Position numbers and translations under genes: made by a program
Shown: positions 32,664-42,731 of the stretch, in pieces
Layout: every line of letters begins with the position of its first letter
Position numbering within the stretch: position 1 is the first letter of the stretch
The notes under the pieces: model-generated
What the model was told of the DNA's origin: nothing
The model's database searches: none
What the model saw: only the letters and a program-made list of their open reading frames with translations
Source: an uncultured Clostridia bacterium
Lineage (GTDB): Bacteria > Bacillota > Clostridia > TANB77 > CAG-508
Reading direction: 5' to 3'
Assembly (NCBI GenBank): GCA_948857205.1
Contig: CAQPRV010000062.1
Location: 46 to 64,045, forward strand
Length of the DNA stretch: 64,000 nt

Positions 32664-32692
32664 ATTATATAATGCTTTCTTCCGTATGTCAA
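32664..32692 (-). promoter_or_regulatory. Consensus sigma-A promoter of the S10 operon
   Basis: On the minus strand: TTGACA (32692-32687), 17-nt spacer, TATAAT (32669-32664). Lies about 265 nt upstream of the rpsJ ATG. Confidence 0.75.
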
Positions 32693-32750
32693 GAAATTTT
32701 GTAATATTTTTATAATTATTATATAGCAAACATTACAGTTCAGTATATGG

Positions 32751-33314
32751 CTACTGAACTGTATTTTTTACTTTTATATATATGTCTTTCCAATTATCAA
32801 TTCTATATAAATTTGTTTCATAATTTATATTACTTTTACTATTAAATAATATAGTTTCAATTCCTAGTTCACTAACCTTTTCACAATTTACAATAGAATC
32901 GTCTATAAATAAATCTACTTTTTCATTCTCACAAACTTTTGCTTTATTAAAATCACAGATTAATTTATCATAGTGGATATTATTGTTTTTTAACTCTTCA
33001 ATTGTTGTTTTATACTCATTAGTATATAAAGTTTTATCTCTTGCTGTAATAATTATTATTTCATGACCTAGATCTTTAATTTTATCAATATATTCTGCAA
33101 CTTTAGTTTTAAACGGTGTATTCGGAATAACTTTATCATAATATTTTTTTGCAAATTCAAGTTCTCTTTCTTTCATTTCTCTTGGAAAATTACTATATGA
33201 AATGTTATTATATTTTAAATAATTTATATCTATATCAAAAAATTCTGCTATATATGGCATTAAATAATCAAATGTATCTGCCATTGTATCATCTATATCT
33301 ATTCCTATTTTCAT
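32751..33314 (-). CDS. HAD-superfamily 5'(3')-deoxyribonucleotidase-like hydrolase
   Basis: N-terminal MKIGIDIDDTMADT (DxDxT HAD motif I), 187 aa. Confidence 0.55.
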   Translation of the reverse strand: MKIGIDIDDTMADTFDYLMPYIAEFFDIDINYLKYNNISYSNFPREMKERELEFAKKYYDKVIPNTPFKTKVAEYIDKIKDLGHEIIIITARDKTLYTNEYKTTIEELKNNNIHYDKLICDFNKAKVCENEKVDLFIDDSIVNCEKVSELGIETILFNSKSNINYETNLYRIDNWKDIYIKVKNTVQ

Positions 33315-33335
33315 ATTTTTTCTCTTTCAATTTAA

Positions 33336-33782
33336 TTATATGTTTTTTACAAATGCTTTATCTTTATTTTCATCATATCCTAGCTTTCTATATAATTCGT
33401 GTGCACATTTTCTATGAAATCCACTAAACAACCATATTCTTGTTATATGTTCTTTTTTTGCTATTTCTTCTGCTCTATTCATCAGTTTTGTTGCAATTCC
33501 TAATCTCCTATATTCATCTTTTATTGCTAAATCCCATATAGTTGCATCTTTTCCTGATGGAAATGTTAAAATATTTAGAGTTACTGTTCCTACTAAATTA
33601 TCATTTATGTAATATCCTAACACATGAATATCTTTATTATCTTTGGTGATTTTATATAAATTCTTCATTTTTTCATAGCTTATATTATTATTAAAAACAT
33701 CCTTTAATATTTGTTGTAATTGTTCTAAGTCCTTTTCTTCTATTTTACTTACTATGTTATCTCTTTTCATTTTTACTATCAA
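33336..33782 (-). CDS. GNAT-family N-acetyltransferase
   Basis: Acetyl-CoA binding segment IKDEYRRLGIATKLMNRAEEIAKK, ~145 aa. Confidence 0.75.
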   Translation of the reverse strand: MIVKMKRDNIVSKIEEKDLEQLQQILKDVFNNNISYEKMKNLYKITKDNKDIHVLGYYINDNLVGTVTLNILTFPSGKDATIWDLAIKDEYRRLGIATKLMNRAEEIAKKEHITRIWLFSGFHRKCAHELYRKLGYDENKDKAFVKNI

Positions 33783-33821
33783 TCCTTTCTCTAAAGGTAC
33801 AAATTCTATTTTATATAGAAT

Positions 33822-34385
33822 CTAATTTAAAATAATAACTCTTCCTCCAATACATCTGTTGAAGCATCCAACATTTTGAAATTCTGTATATTCTTGGTTT
33901 GTTATTACACCTGCATCATGAGCTTCTTCTAATAACATTTGATTCCATTGTTTTATATCTCCACGAATTACTAATCTTTTATTATCTTCATCTAATTGAT
34001 TAAAATAATCAGCAACCTCTTGCCTTCTAGTTTGAATTGCAAAATAAGTTTGTCCTAAAGCAATTACTTCTTTTCTTTGATCTCCATTTTGTACTATTAA
34101 ATAACAAGCATATCTTGATAATTCATAATCAACTACTTTCTTCTGTAATTCACCTGCTTCAATGATTTTCCTGACCTCAGGAAAATCGTCTTCTATATCT
34201 CTTCCACTATTTTGACATGCTAGTTTTGCTCTATCTATTACTTTAGAAAAATTTTCCCATTTTTTATATTGTAAAACTCCACTTAACTCTCTAGCAATCC
34301 AATATTCAGCTCGATCTTCTCTAATCTTTTTTATTTTTTCTAAATTTTTATATTCTTCTGCTTTTAAATTACTCAATATTATCAT
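33822..34385 (-). pseudogene. DinD-like (DNA-damage-inducible protein D) gene, C-terminally truncated
   Basis: REDRAEYWIARELSGVLQYKKWENFSKVIDRAKLACQNSG and ELSRYACYLIVQNGD resemble the DinD family as I recall it. It ends at 187 aa, where homologues as I recall them continue for roughly 80 more residues. Confidence 0.5.
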
Positions 34386-34407
34386 CTCAAATTTTTAAGT
34401 TTTTATT

Positions 34408-34436
34408 ATTGTATAAAACATTTGTTTATTATTCAA
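34408..34436 (-). promoter_or_regulatory. Candidate sigma-A promoter upstream of the dinD-like gene
   Basis: Minus strand TTGAAT, 17 nt, TACAAT, ending about 20 nt upstream of the ORF start. Confidence 0.35.
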
Positions 34437-34792
34437 GTGGTTTTAAAGAAATTTTCCAAAAAAATATGTATCTTATATTTCTATAAAATACATACTTTTA
34501 TTTAAGTTTTATCTCCAAACATTATTATTTTTTTGTGGACAAATCGTTGACATTGTCAACATTAAATTATACTACTCCGCATACCATGTCAACTTCTATC
34601 GTTACCTTAATTTTATTATTTTCTACTCTTTAAATCTTATTTTTGCCTTTTCTCTCAAAACTAATAAAATCTCCGAAAGCAGTAAACTCAACTATTTTGT
34701 CTAATTCTTTAGATATAGCACCGAACAACATTCCACATGTGATGAAAAATATAATTTAAAAAAACAAAAAGAAGCTTGCATTCCAAATTCCT

Positions 34793-35399
34793 TTAAACAG
34801 TTAAGTTTTTTATCACTTTACATGGGTTACCGAAAAGCAACTACATTCGATGGAATATCTCTTGTTACTACACTTCCTGCCCCAATAACACAATTATCTC
34901 CTATATTTACACCTGGAAGTACAACAACATTTCCACCTATCCAGACATTACTTCCTACAATTATTGGTTTTGCATATTCTAAGCCATTATTTCTTGACTT
35001 AGAATCTATTGGGTGACCTGCTGTATAAAATCCACAATTAGGAGCAATAAATACATTATCACCAAATTTTACTTTGTTTCCATCTAAAATTATTAAATTA
35101 TGATTAGAATAAAAATTTTCACCTATTTCTATATTATATCCATAATCACAGATAAAAGGTTGCTCTATTAAAAAGTTTTGTTTTGTCTTTCCTAAAATTT
35201 TCTTAATTATTTTTTTCCTATCTTGCTCTTGACTTGGTTTTAAGTTATTGTATTCAAAGCATAAATCTTTCGCGATTTTTCTTTCCTTTATTAATTCTTC
35301 ACAACCAGCAAAATATATTTCTCCTAATAACATTTTTTCTTTTTCACTCACAAACAACTCAGCCTCTCTAAATAATAAATTAATTTTTAACATCCTCAT
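34793..35399 (-). CDS. maa: Maltose/galactoside O-acetyltransferase (LbH family), one +1 frame break near the 3' end
   Basis: Hexapeptide repeats IGDNVFIAPNCGF.., VWIGGNVVVLPGVNIGDNCVIGAGSVV. The frame-0 ORF stops right after an in-frame CGG (34830-34832). The +1 frame gives the canonical tail VVAFGNPCKVIKNLTV and a stop at 34793. Confidence 0.85.
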
Positions 35400-35467
35400 A
35401 TTATAATGTTTTTATTATAATATTCTTTTGATATTATTTCCTATTTTTAACTAAAATTTCAATTATT

Positions 35468-36427
35468 TTACTTTTGTTCTTTTATTATTATATCAATTGA
35501 TTCTTTTCTCATACCCTTTATAATCTTACAACTATTATCTAATTTTTGTTGATCTTCTTGACTTAATTCTAGTTTAATAACCTCTCTAACACCTTCACTA
35601 TTAATAATAGCTGGAACACCTATATAAATATCTTCTTGATTATATTCATTTTTTAAATAAGTAGAAACTGTTAAAATTGAATTTTCATTATCTAAAATAG
35701 CTTTTACTAATCTGTATAGAGCCATACCTATTCCATAATAAGTTGCTTTTTTCTTTTCTATAATTTTATATGCTGATTTAACAACTTCTTCATGTATATT
35801 TTTTAAATTATTAATTGGTAAATTACTATCTTCTAAAATATCACTTATCTTCTTACATCCTACATAGGCATAATCCCAAGGTACAAATGAAGAATCTCCA
35901 TGTTCTCCCATTATATATGCATGTACATTTTTACTTGATACTTGCAAATAATCTCCTATTAAATAACGAAGTCTAGCAGTATCTAATACAGTTCCTGAAC
36001 CTATTACCCTATTTTTAGGTAGTCCAGAAACTTGTGCTACAACATATGTCATTAAATCTACAGGATTGCTTGCTACAATAATAATTCCATTAAATCCACT
36101 TTTCATTATATTTTGTGTAATTTCTTTCATAATCCTTGTATTAGTTTCTGCTAACTCTAGTCTTGACTGCCCTGATCTTTGTGCTACTCCAGCTGTTATT
36201 ACAACTATTTCTGCATCTTTACATTCATCATATTCACCTGCTTTTATTATTATTTTTTGAGGTGCATATGGTAATCCATGAGATAAGTCCATTTGCTCTC
36301 CTATTGTTTTATCTTTGTTTATATCAATTAAAATAAGTTCTTTTATACCTCCCCTATTTATCATTGAATAAGCCATACTCATTCCTACAAATCCTGTACC
36401 TACTAAGACTATTTTTCCTTTTTTCAT
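35468..36427 (-). CDS. ldh: L-lactate dehydrogenase
   Basis: KIVLVGTGFVGMSMAY Rossmann motif, GEHGDS active-site loop, 319 aa. Confidence 0.9.
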   Translation of the reverse strand: MKKGKIVLVGTGFVGMSMAYSMINRGGIKELILIDINKDKTIGEQMDLSHGLPYAPQKIIIKAGEYDECKDAEIVVITAGVAQRSGQSRLELAETNTRIMKEITQNIMKSGFNGIIIVASNPVDLMTYVVAQVSGLPKNRVIGSGTVLDTARLRYLIGDYLQVSSKNVHAYIMGEHGDSSFVPWDYAYVGCKKISDILEDSNLPINNLKNIHEEVVKSAYKIIEKKKATYYGIGMALYRLVKAILDNENSILTVSTYLKNEYNQEDIYIGVPAIINSEGVREVIKLELSQEDQQKLDNSCKIIKGMRKESIDIIIKEQK

Positions 36428-36566
36428 AAAATCACTCCTTATTTACATATTATACCACTTATTATAATATTTTAAAATACTTTTAAATGTTAGCAAGTAA
36501 ATTTTTATTTACTTTTTAAGCATGTTATGTTATAATATGTAAAAATCAAAGTGAGGAGTGCTATTT

Positions 36567-37112
36567 ATGAGTTCAGAATTAAATAATACTACTACTTTGG
36601 CTGAAAATAAAGTGTTAATATTATATATATTAATTAAGCTAAATAGAGAAATTAAACAAGATGATTTGTTTCAAATAATAACATCTATAAACGAAATAAA
36701 TTATTTTTATTTTAAACAAGTATTAACAGATTTAATAGATTCCAAATTAGTAGGTAGTTATACAAAAGAGAAAGAATCAGTTATAAAAATAACAACCGAA
36801 GGAATAAACGCATACACATTAACAGAAGATGTATTACCAGGAATTATAAAACTAAAAGCAGATAATACTTTTGAAAAAGAATTTCATTCGATAGAACAAC
36901 AAGCATCTGTTATAGCTGAATTTATACCAAGAGATGAAAATAATTATACAATAAAATGTAAGATAGTAGAAAAAAATGAAACTATTTTTGAAGTAAAAAC
37001 CTTTGCTGGAACAAGAGATATGGCTAAAAAAATTGTAGATAATTGGAATAAAAATGCAAATATAATTTATCCTAATATTTTAAATTTATTATTAGAAGAT
37101 AAAAAAAATTAA
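36567..37112 (+). CDS. DUF4364-family protein
   Basis: About 180 aa with N-terminal LAENKVLILYIL..., wHTH-like as in the clostridial DUF4364 family. ATG 36567 follows a GAGGAG RBS. Confidence 0.5.
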   Translation: MSSELNNTTTLAENKVLILYILIKLNREIKQDDLFQIITSINEINYFYFKQVLTDLIDSKLVGSYTKEKESVIKITTEGINAYTLTEDVLPGIIKLKADNTFEKEFHSIEQQASVIAEFIPRDENNYTIKCKIVEKNETIFEVKTFAGTRDMAKKIVDNWNKNANIIYPNILNLLLEDKKN

Positions 37113-37320
37113 AGAGCAAAAAAAATTAACTTTGACTCTTTTTTATATCATCGCTATAGATTTCACATTTTCTCCTTAAAGTCGAAAACTTAAATCTACC
37201 AAGAACAAATAAGAAAATCAAAGATTTTATTATTTGTTCTTTTCTAAAATCTTAAAAAATAAAAATATAATATTCGAATTATTATATAATTTTAAAAGCT
37301 TATTATAATATCATTATTTT

Positions 37321-38010
37321 TTATCTAAAAATACAAATTATACAAAAAATAATATTTCTAATAAAAATACTTAAAAATAAATTATAATTTATACATTTAA
37401 TTCCGATCTTATTTATTTCATCAAAACCATTTATCAATTTATTGCTTTCTTCTTTTGAAGATATTTTCTTTTCTTCAATATATTCTTTAGCTAAATATCT
37501 AGCCTTAATCATTGCATCATTTTCTAAATACATTCTGACCATAAAATAAATTAATCCAAAAAAAGTTAATATAGCTAAAAACATGGTTTTATATGGAAGA
37601 GATTTTATTAATGCCAAAATGCAAATTGCTAAATAAAAAATTATATAAAAATTTGAAAAATAAAAATTAAATAATAATAATTTTCTATCTTGCACTGAAT
37701 GTAGGCATTCATGTGCAATCGTCTGAATTCTTGTATATGTATCTTTAATATTTGCTATTGTAATTTTATTTGTTATTGCAATATATAAACTTGAATTACT
37801 TTCTTTGTTTTCTTCAATTTTAACCTTTTCATTTTTTAATTTTTTTAAATATTCCTTACATAATTCTATATTGTCTGGGTACTTTTTAGAGATTTCATCT
37901 AGTTCTTCATTTTTTCCTAATTGTTTTATTTCTTTTATTTTGTAACAAAAAATAAATTTTAAAATTAAAGTTAATACTAAAAATATTATTAGCAAAATTA
38001 TAAATTCCAT
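37321..38010 (-). CDS. Membrane protein with zinc-metallopeptidase HExxH motif
   Basis: IAHECLHSVQD plus several TM helices. Start at ATG 38010 after an AAAGGAAG RBS. Confidence 0.45.
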   Translation of the reverse strand: MEFIILLIIFLVLTLILKFIFCYKIKEIKQLGKNEELDEISKKYPDNIELCKEYLKKLKNEKVKIEENKESNSSLYIAITNKITIANIKDTYTRIQTIAHECLHSVQDRKLLLFNFYFSNFYIIFYLAICILALIKSLPYKTMFLAILTFFGLIYFMVRMYLENDAMIKARYLAKEYIEEKKISSKEESNKLINGFDEINKIGIKCINYNLFLSIFIRNIIFCIICIFR

Positions 38011-38061
38011 ACTACTTCCTTTCACCATTTTTTTAAGCTGATGAAATCATCAGCTTATTAC

Positions 38062-38397
38062 CTATTGTATAACATCTTTTATGGCTTCACCAATAATTTT
38101 GTTTACATCTGCTATTACTAAATTGAATTTTGTTTCTGCATCAAAAAATCTTTTTGCTTCCTCATTTTGTATTAATTCTATATAAAGTTGTTGTATCTTT
38201 TTTTCTCCTTCTTCATTATGTTTGCCTGTTTGCATTACTTCAATTTGCAAATTGTATCTTAATTTTTCAAATTCTTTTATTTTATTTTTTATTTCTATAT
38301 TTAAGTTTATTGCTTCTTTTGCCATTTTATAATTTATATATTCTTCTGATTGTTTAATTTCTTGTGCCAATTTATTTGCTGTATCATATATTATCAT
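38062..38397 (-). CDS. YlbF/YmcA-family regulatory protein
   Basis: 111-aa helical protein. IYDTANKLAQEIKQSEEYINYKMAKEAI... is typical of YlbF-like proteins. Confidence 0.6.
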   Translation of the reverse strand: MIIYDTANKLAQEIKQSEEYINYKMAKEAINLNIEIKNKIKEFEKLRYNLQIEVMQTGKHNEEGEKKIQQLYIELIQNEEAKRFFDAETKFNLVIADVNKIIGEAIKDVIQ

Positions 38398-38414
38398 TTT
38401 GTTTTCTCTCCTTA

Positions 38415-39512
38415 TTATATATTATTTTTTGAAATAATATTTTCATTATTATTATTTTCTGCTTCAATTTTTATCTTTGCATCTGTAGGACAAATTTGTA
38501 CAAATGTATTTCCATCATTTATTTCTATTTCTTTTCCATTTAAATCTTTATATTTAGTTTTTTCATTTCTTGCATTTTTTGTACATTTAATTTTTATTGA
38601 TTTTCCATTTGTAATATAATATCCATCAAATGTACCAATATTCTTTAACCCTTGTCTTCCTTTTTTCTCTGTATCAGTTAAAGTATAATTATCGCATAGT
38701 GTTATTATTATGTTTTTTGTTGTAATTGTTTCACCAGTATCCCAATCTTTTTGTTCTATTTTTCTTGCATATCTTTCATACACTTGCTTTTCTTTATTGT
38801 ATGTATATTTTACTGTTTGAAGATTTGAATGTGGAATTGTTATTGTCATTGCTTCTTCTCCTTCTTCAAGATTAACTTCGTCTGTTGCATATTTTAATAC
38901 ACTTTCTTTTGATGATGTTGTATTGTATTTTTTCTTTTTAGCAGATTCTAATATTTTCTCTGTACTAGTTACTGCATTATGTGGAGAGTTCTTGTCTTTA
39001 ACTCTCCAAAATGTAACTCCATCTTCATAAATTCCATTTACATTGTTTATATTATATTTTTTTATGTCAGATTCCGCTTGCGGGCTTTGTCCAAAATGTG
39101 TATATATTGCATCATTTTCCATTACATAGTCTATAAAGTAGTGCCTTGCACTTCTTACTGGTCCAATTTTGTCAACATTTGCTCCTTTTAATAATGCCAT
39201 TAGTCGTGTTTCTCCACCTTCTGCTATTATTTCATATACCATATATGCTTCTTGAATACCAGCTTGTGGCCATGCTTCCTTATGATTATCTATCATTATT
39301 GCAATTGGTCTATCATTACCACTAAATATAGTTTCTTTTTTTTCGCTTAGACCTGCTATTACTATATTATTTTCCATTTCTTCTTTATTGCTTATTATTC
39401 CTACTTCTTCATTGTCTTTACCTTTTATTACTTTTTTTAATAATATTATTCCAACTATTAAAATAATTATTGCTATTAAAATTATTAATATTTTTGCTCC
39501 TCTTTTTTTCAA
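38415..39512 (-). CDS. DUF3048 (YerB-like) secreted/lipoprotein
   Basis: N-terminal TM/signal segment. RPIAIMIDNHKEAWPQAGIQEAYMVYEIIAEGGETRLMALL is the DUF3048 signature. Confidence 0.7.
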   Translation of the reverse strand: MKKRGAKILIILIAIIILIVGIILLKKVIKGKDNEEVGIISNKEEMENNIVIAGLSEKKETIFSGNDRPIAIMIDNHKEAWPQAGIQEAYMVYEIIAEGGETRLMALLKGANVDKIGPVRSARHYFIDYVMENDAIYTHFGQSPQAESDIKKYNINNVNGIYEDGVTFWRVKDKNSPHNAVTSTEKILESAKKKKYNTTSSKESVLKYATDEVNLEEGEEAMTITIPHSNLQTVKYTYNKEKQVYERYARKIEQKDWDTGETITTKNIIITLCDNYTLTDTEKKGRQGLKNIGTFDGYYITNGKSIKIKCTKNARNEKTKYKDLNGKEIEINDGNTFVQICPTDAKIKIEAENNNNENIISKNNI

Positions 39513-39524
39513 ACTTTTACTCCT

Positions 39525-40007
39525 TTAATCTCTTTTTATTTTTAAGTCATTTAAGATTTTATCTTCTTTAATTCTCATATCTTTTTTATCTTTCTCTTCT
39601 ATATGATCATATCCCATAAGATGATAAAAACCATGTACAACCATATAACTTAATTCTCTTTCAAAGCTATGTTCATATTCTTCTGCTTGCTCTTTAACTT
39701 TTTCTATTGATATTATTATATCTCCTAATATATCTTCATGTTCGTATTCTTCGTTTTCTATCTTTATTTTTAATTCTTCTTTTTCAAACATGGGAAAAGA
39801 AAGTACATCTGTTGCTCTATCTACATTACGATATTCTTTGTTGATTTTTTGTATGTTTTTTGGTGTTGTTAAAGTTATTGTAATGTTTAATTTTGAATTA
39901 GTTATTTTTTCTTCTTCAAAACATTTTGATAATACTTTCTCTATTATTTTATTATATTCTTCTTTTTGTTCTATCTCTTGATATATTATTTCATACATCT
40001 TATGCAA
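39525..40007 (-). CDS. ybeY: rRNA maturation endoribonuclease YbeY
   Basis: Metal-binding motif HGFYHLMGYDH, 160 aa. Confidence 0.9.
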   Translation of the reverse strand: MHKMYEIIYQEIEQKEEYNKIIEKVLSKCFEEEKITNSKLNITITLTTPKNIQKINKEYRNVDRATDVLSFPMFEKEELKIKIENEEYEHEDILGDIIISIEKVKEQAEEYEHSFERELSYMVVHGFYHLMGYDHIEEKDKKDMRIKEDKILNDLKIKRD

Positions 40008-41196
40008 CTTCCTTAATTTTAATGTATTTTCCTTTTGATCTATATGTATTTTTTATTACTTTCATTGCTCCATAATCTACTAATTTTCTTTTGTAATATT
40101 TTGTTATTTGACTATAATCTATTTTTTCATTTTGTATTTTTTTCATATCATTTTTTATGAATAATATTTCTTTTTGCTTGATGTATTCTATGAAGTCTGT
40201 TTCTTTTAGTTTTCCTATTTCTTTATATGTATTCCAGAATTTTTTATATTCTTCTCTTTCTGTTGCTGAATCCCAATATACTTTTGTTGATAATAATTTA
40301 ACATTATAATCTTCTATTAAATTTATTAGCATAGAATATGCTTTTTCTCTTCTTGTGGTAATTTTTGTGTCTTGTACTAGACTTCTTGCATCTTTTAATA
40401 GTTTTTCGTAACATTGTTCTGCAACTATTAGTGGCAAACTATGTGTAAATAGTTTTCTACTTATTCCAAGTAATATCATATTTTTTTCTATTATGTCTCT
40501 TGTATCTAGTTTACCTACTGTATATGATTCATATTTTTCATATTCTGTTGTTATATCTTTTAAGTTTTCTTCATTAATTTTTACTGATAATATGTTTTGT
40601 ATGTAATCTTCTAGTGTATGAAATATTTTTGTATATACCCATTCTTTTGTTGAGTCATATACGTTTGTGTGGTCTGCTATTTTTATTGAGTAATTCTTTA
40701 GTATCGCTTTATATAATGTGTCCATTTTTGATATATAAAATTTACTGTATTTTTGCTTTAGCTTTTCTTTTTCTCCAATTTTTATTCCTTCATAATCAAG
40801 TTCTAATAAGTATTTTTGTTTCCTATATTTGTATTCAATGTATTCGTGTTCTTTTAGACTTGTAACTTCATAATATTTTGATAATGCATTTTTTTCAAAT
40901 TCTGTTGCTATTTCATTTTTTACTTTTTTATATATTGAATCCATTACATATTTGTCTAATGATGCTAAATAAGTTTCATATGCTGAGTCATATTTTTTTT
41001 CTAGTTCTTCATTGTCATAGTTTTCGTTGTTTATTTTGTAATTTTCAAATGCTTTTATTACATTATTTCTTTTCATTGAAATTAACATTCCATTTATTCC
41101 TATTTTAGTAGGTATTAATAGTTTTGTTAATGTGTTTGTTATTTTATTAAAAAAGGTTTTGTCTGCTCCAGTTATTCTTAAACTTCTTTCTTCCAT
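40000..41196 (-). CDS. Hypothetical Lys/Glu/Tyr-rich protein
   Basis: ORF 40000..41229. Probable start at ATG 41196 (MEERSLRITG), 8 nt after GAAGGGA. No motif recognised. Confidence 0.5.
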   Translation of the reverse strand: MEERSLRITGADKTFFNKITNTLTKLLIPTKIGINGMLISMKRNNVIKAFENYKINNENYDNEELEKKYDSAYETYLASLDKYVMDSIYKKVKNEIATEFEKNALSKYYEVTSLKEHEYIEYKYRKQKYLLELDYEGIKIGEKEKLKQKYSKFYISKMDTLYKAILKNYSIKIADHTNVYDSTKEWVYTKIFHTLEDYIQNILSVKINEENLKDITTEYEKYESYTVGKLDTRDIIEKNMILLGISRKLFTHSLPLIVAEQCYEKLLKDARSLVQDTKITTRREKAYSMLINLIEDYNVKLLSTKVYWDSATEREEYKKFWNTYKEIGKLKETDFIEYIKQKEILFIKNDMKKIQNEKIDYSQITKYYKRKLVDYGAMKVIKNTYRSKGKYIKIKEVA

Positions 41197-41209
41197 TTTA
41201 ATCATCCCT

Positions 41210-42394
41210 TCAAAATACAATTTTTTCATTTGTCCCTATGTTTTCCAATACTTCATATGTGACATAGACTTCTATTCCATCTTCTAATTCATATGTATTA
41301 ATATTCTTGTTTACTATTTTTTCTTTGTCTATTATTTCTTTATCTAATTCTTCTTGTAGTTGTTGTATCCCTACGTTTTTTGCTTCTTGGATATTATATT
41401 TTCTTTGTTTTTCTTCCTTTTCTTTGTTTGTTGTTTTTATTATTGATATAGGTAAATAAAAGTCAGAAAATATTTTTAATTTGCTTTCGTTTTCTATTGT
41501 ATCATAAATTTTAAATTTTGAAACCCCTTTACCCAAATTTATTTTAAAATTATTAAATTTTATTGCATATTTTTTTTCTATGTTTCCTGTTTCTGTTTGC
41601 TCCGTAGCATTATAAGTTATTTTTTTGTTTTTAGTATACCATACTTTCGCTTGTATTTCACCTTTACTATGTACATATCTTATTCCAGTATATTTTCCTT
41701 CCATCCATCCATTTATTAAAACTTCTCCTTCTTTTACTGTATCTCCTACTTTTACATTTGCAGTTCCCGTTTGTGCATTTATTTTAGTAATTATTCCAGC
41801 TTTGTTTGAAACTATACTGCAATATTCGTTCTCATCTATTATATCTGGTTTTTTATCTGATTTGACTATTTTTACTATTGCATTTGTGCCTTTTAGTTCT
41901 ATCCCCGCCCATGCTATGTCCTGTCTTTCTAGTCTTAGTTTGTTAATTATTTCTTTTGTATTTATTTTTGATTTTAGTTTTCCTATTTTTAGTCCTGCAA
42001 TTTCAAGGTCTTCGGATATATTTTCTAAGTAGTTATTGTCTTCAACTTCTATTTGAACATTCCATACAAAGTTTGATGATATAATTATTAGACTAATTAA
42101 TACTATTAGCAGAAAAATAAATACTTTTCTTTTTTTATATTTATGTACTAAAAATGGCAATCCTTTTTTTCTTTCTATTTTAATTTTACATCTTGTCTTT
42201 TTTGCTATTTGACATATTTCTTTAAATTCTTTTATTCTAACATTGAAATGTAGTTGTACATCTTTTTTTCTCTTTAAGTTCCATATCATTATATTATTTG
42301 TTTTGCATATATTTATAAATCTTTCTATGTAATATCCTTCTATTGTTAATCTTAAATATCCTAATATATAACTTAATATAATTTTTATAAACAT
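41210..42394 (-). CDS. yqfD: Sporulation protein YqfD
   Basis: 394 aa. N-terminal LGYLRLTIEGYYIERFINIC, a central TM helix, and the typical position after yqfC. Confidence 0.85.
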   Translation of the reverse strand: MFIKIILSYILGYLRLTIEGYYIERFINICKTNNIMIWNLKRKKDVQLHFNVRIKEFKEICQIAKKTRCKIKIERKKGLPFLVHKYKKRKVFIFLLIVLISLIIISSNFVWNVQIEVEDNNYLENISEDLEIAGLKIGKLKSKINTKEIINKLRLERQDIAWAGIELKGTNAIVKIVKSDKKPDIIDENEYCSIVSNKAGIITKINAQTGTANVKVGDTVKEGEVLINGWMEGKYTGIRYVHSKGEIQAKVWYTKNKKITYNATEQTETGNIEKKYAIKFNNFKINLGKGVSKFKIYDTIENESKLKIFSDFYLPISIIKTTNKEKEEKQRKYNIQEAKNVGIQQLQEELDKEIIDKEKIVNKNINTYELEDGIEVYVTYEVLENIGTNEKIVF

Positions 42395-42405
42395 AGTAAA
42401 CTCCT

Positions 42406-42684
42406 TTAATCAACTGTTCTTTCTATATCTATGCTTTCTATTTTTCCATTTACTTTTATATCATCATCTGTCATATTTTCTAAACTTAAATTATAACCAT
42501 TTATGTTTATAATTCCTATATGTGTATTTATTCTAACAAAATATTCTTCATATTCTAGTATTCCTTTAAAATTTTCTATTATTATTTCGTCAAATCCTGT
42601 TATTATAACTTTTGGAATATTTGAACATACTTCTTTTGGTAACTCTAATAGTTTATCAAATTTATTATAATTACTTTTTTTCAT
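42406..42684 (-). CDS. yqfC: Sporulation protein YqfC (YabP family)
   Basis: LELPKEV..IPKVIITGFDEIIIENFKGILEYEE..VRINT. Start at ATG 42684 after a GGGAGG RBS. Confidence 0.85.
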   Translation of the reverse strand: MKKSNYNKFDKLLELPKEVCSNIPKVIITGFDEIIIENFKGILEYEEYFVRINTHIGIININGYNLSLENMTDDDIKVNGKIESIDIERTVD

Positions 42685-42731
42685 AGTTCCTCCCTCTATC
42701 ATAACAATGATTTTTTCCTGCGTCCCAAAAA

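Noticed and set aside
34386-34560. LexA (Cheo-type CGAACnnnnGTTCG) box upstream of the dinD-like gene.
   Set aside because: No such sequence is present. Only the unrelated GTTGACATTGTCAAC palindrome was found.
34620-34760. 35-codon minus-strand ORF (MWNVV-[C]GG-AISKELDKIVEFTAFGDFISFERKGKNKI) that is open only with a +1 shift at CGG 34721-34723.
   Set aside because: It is too short, has no RBS or recognisable family, and lies in a decayed gap. It is mentioned under the CGG finding but not counted as supporting evidence or annotated.
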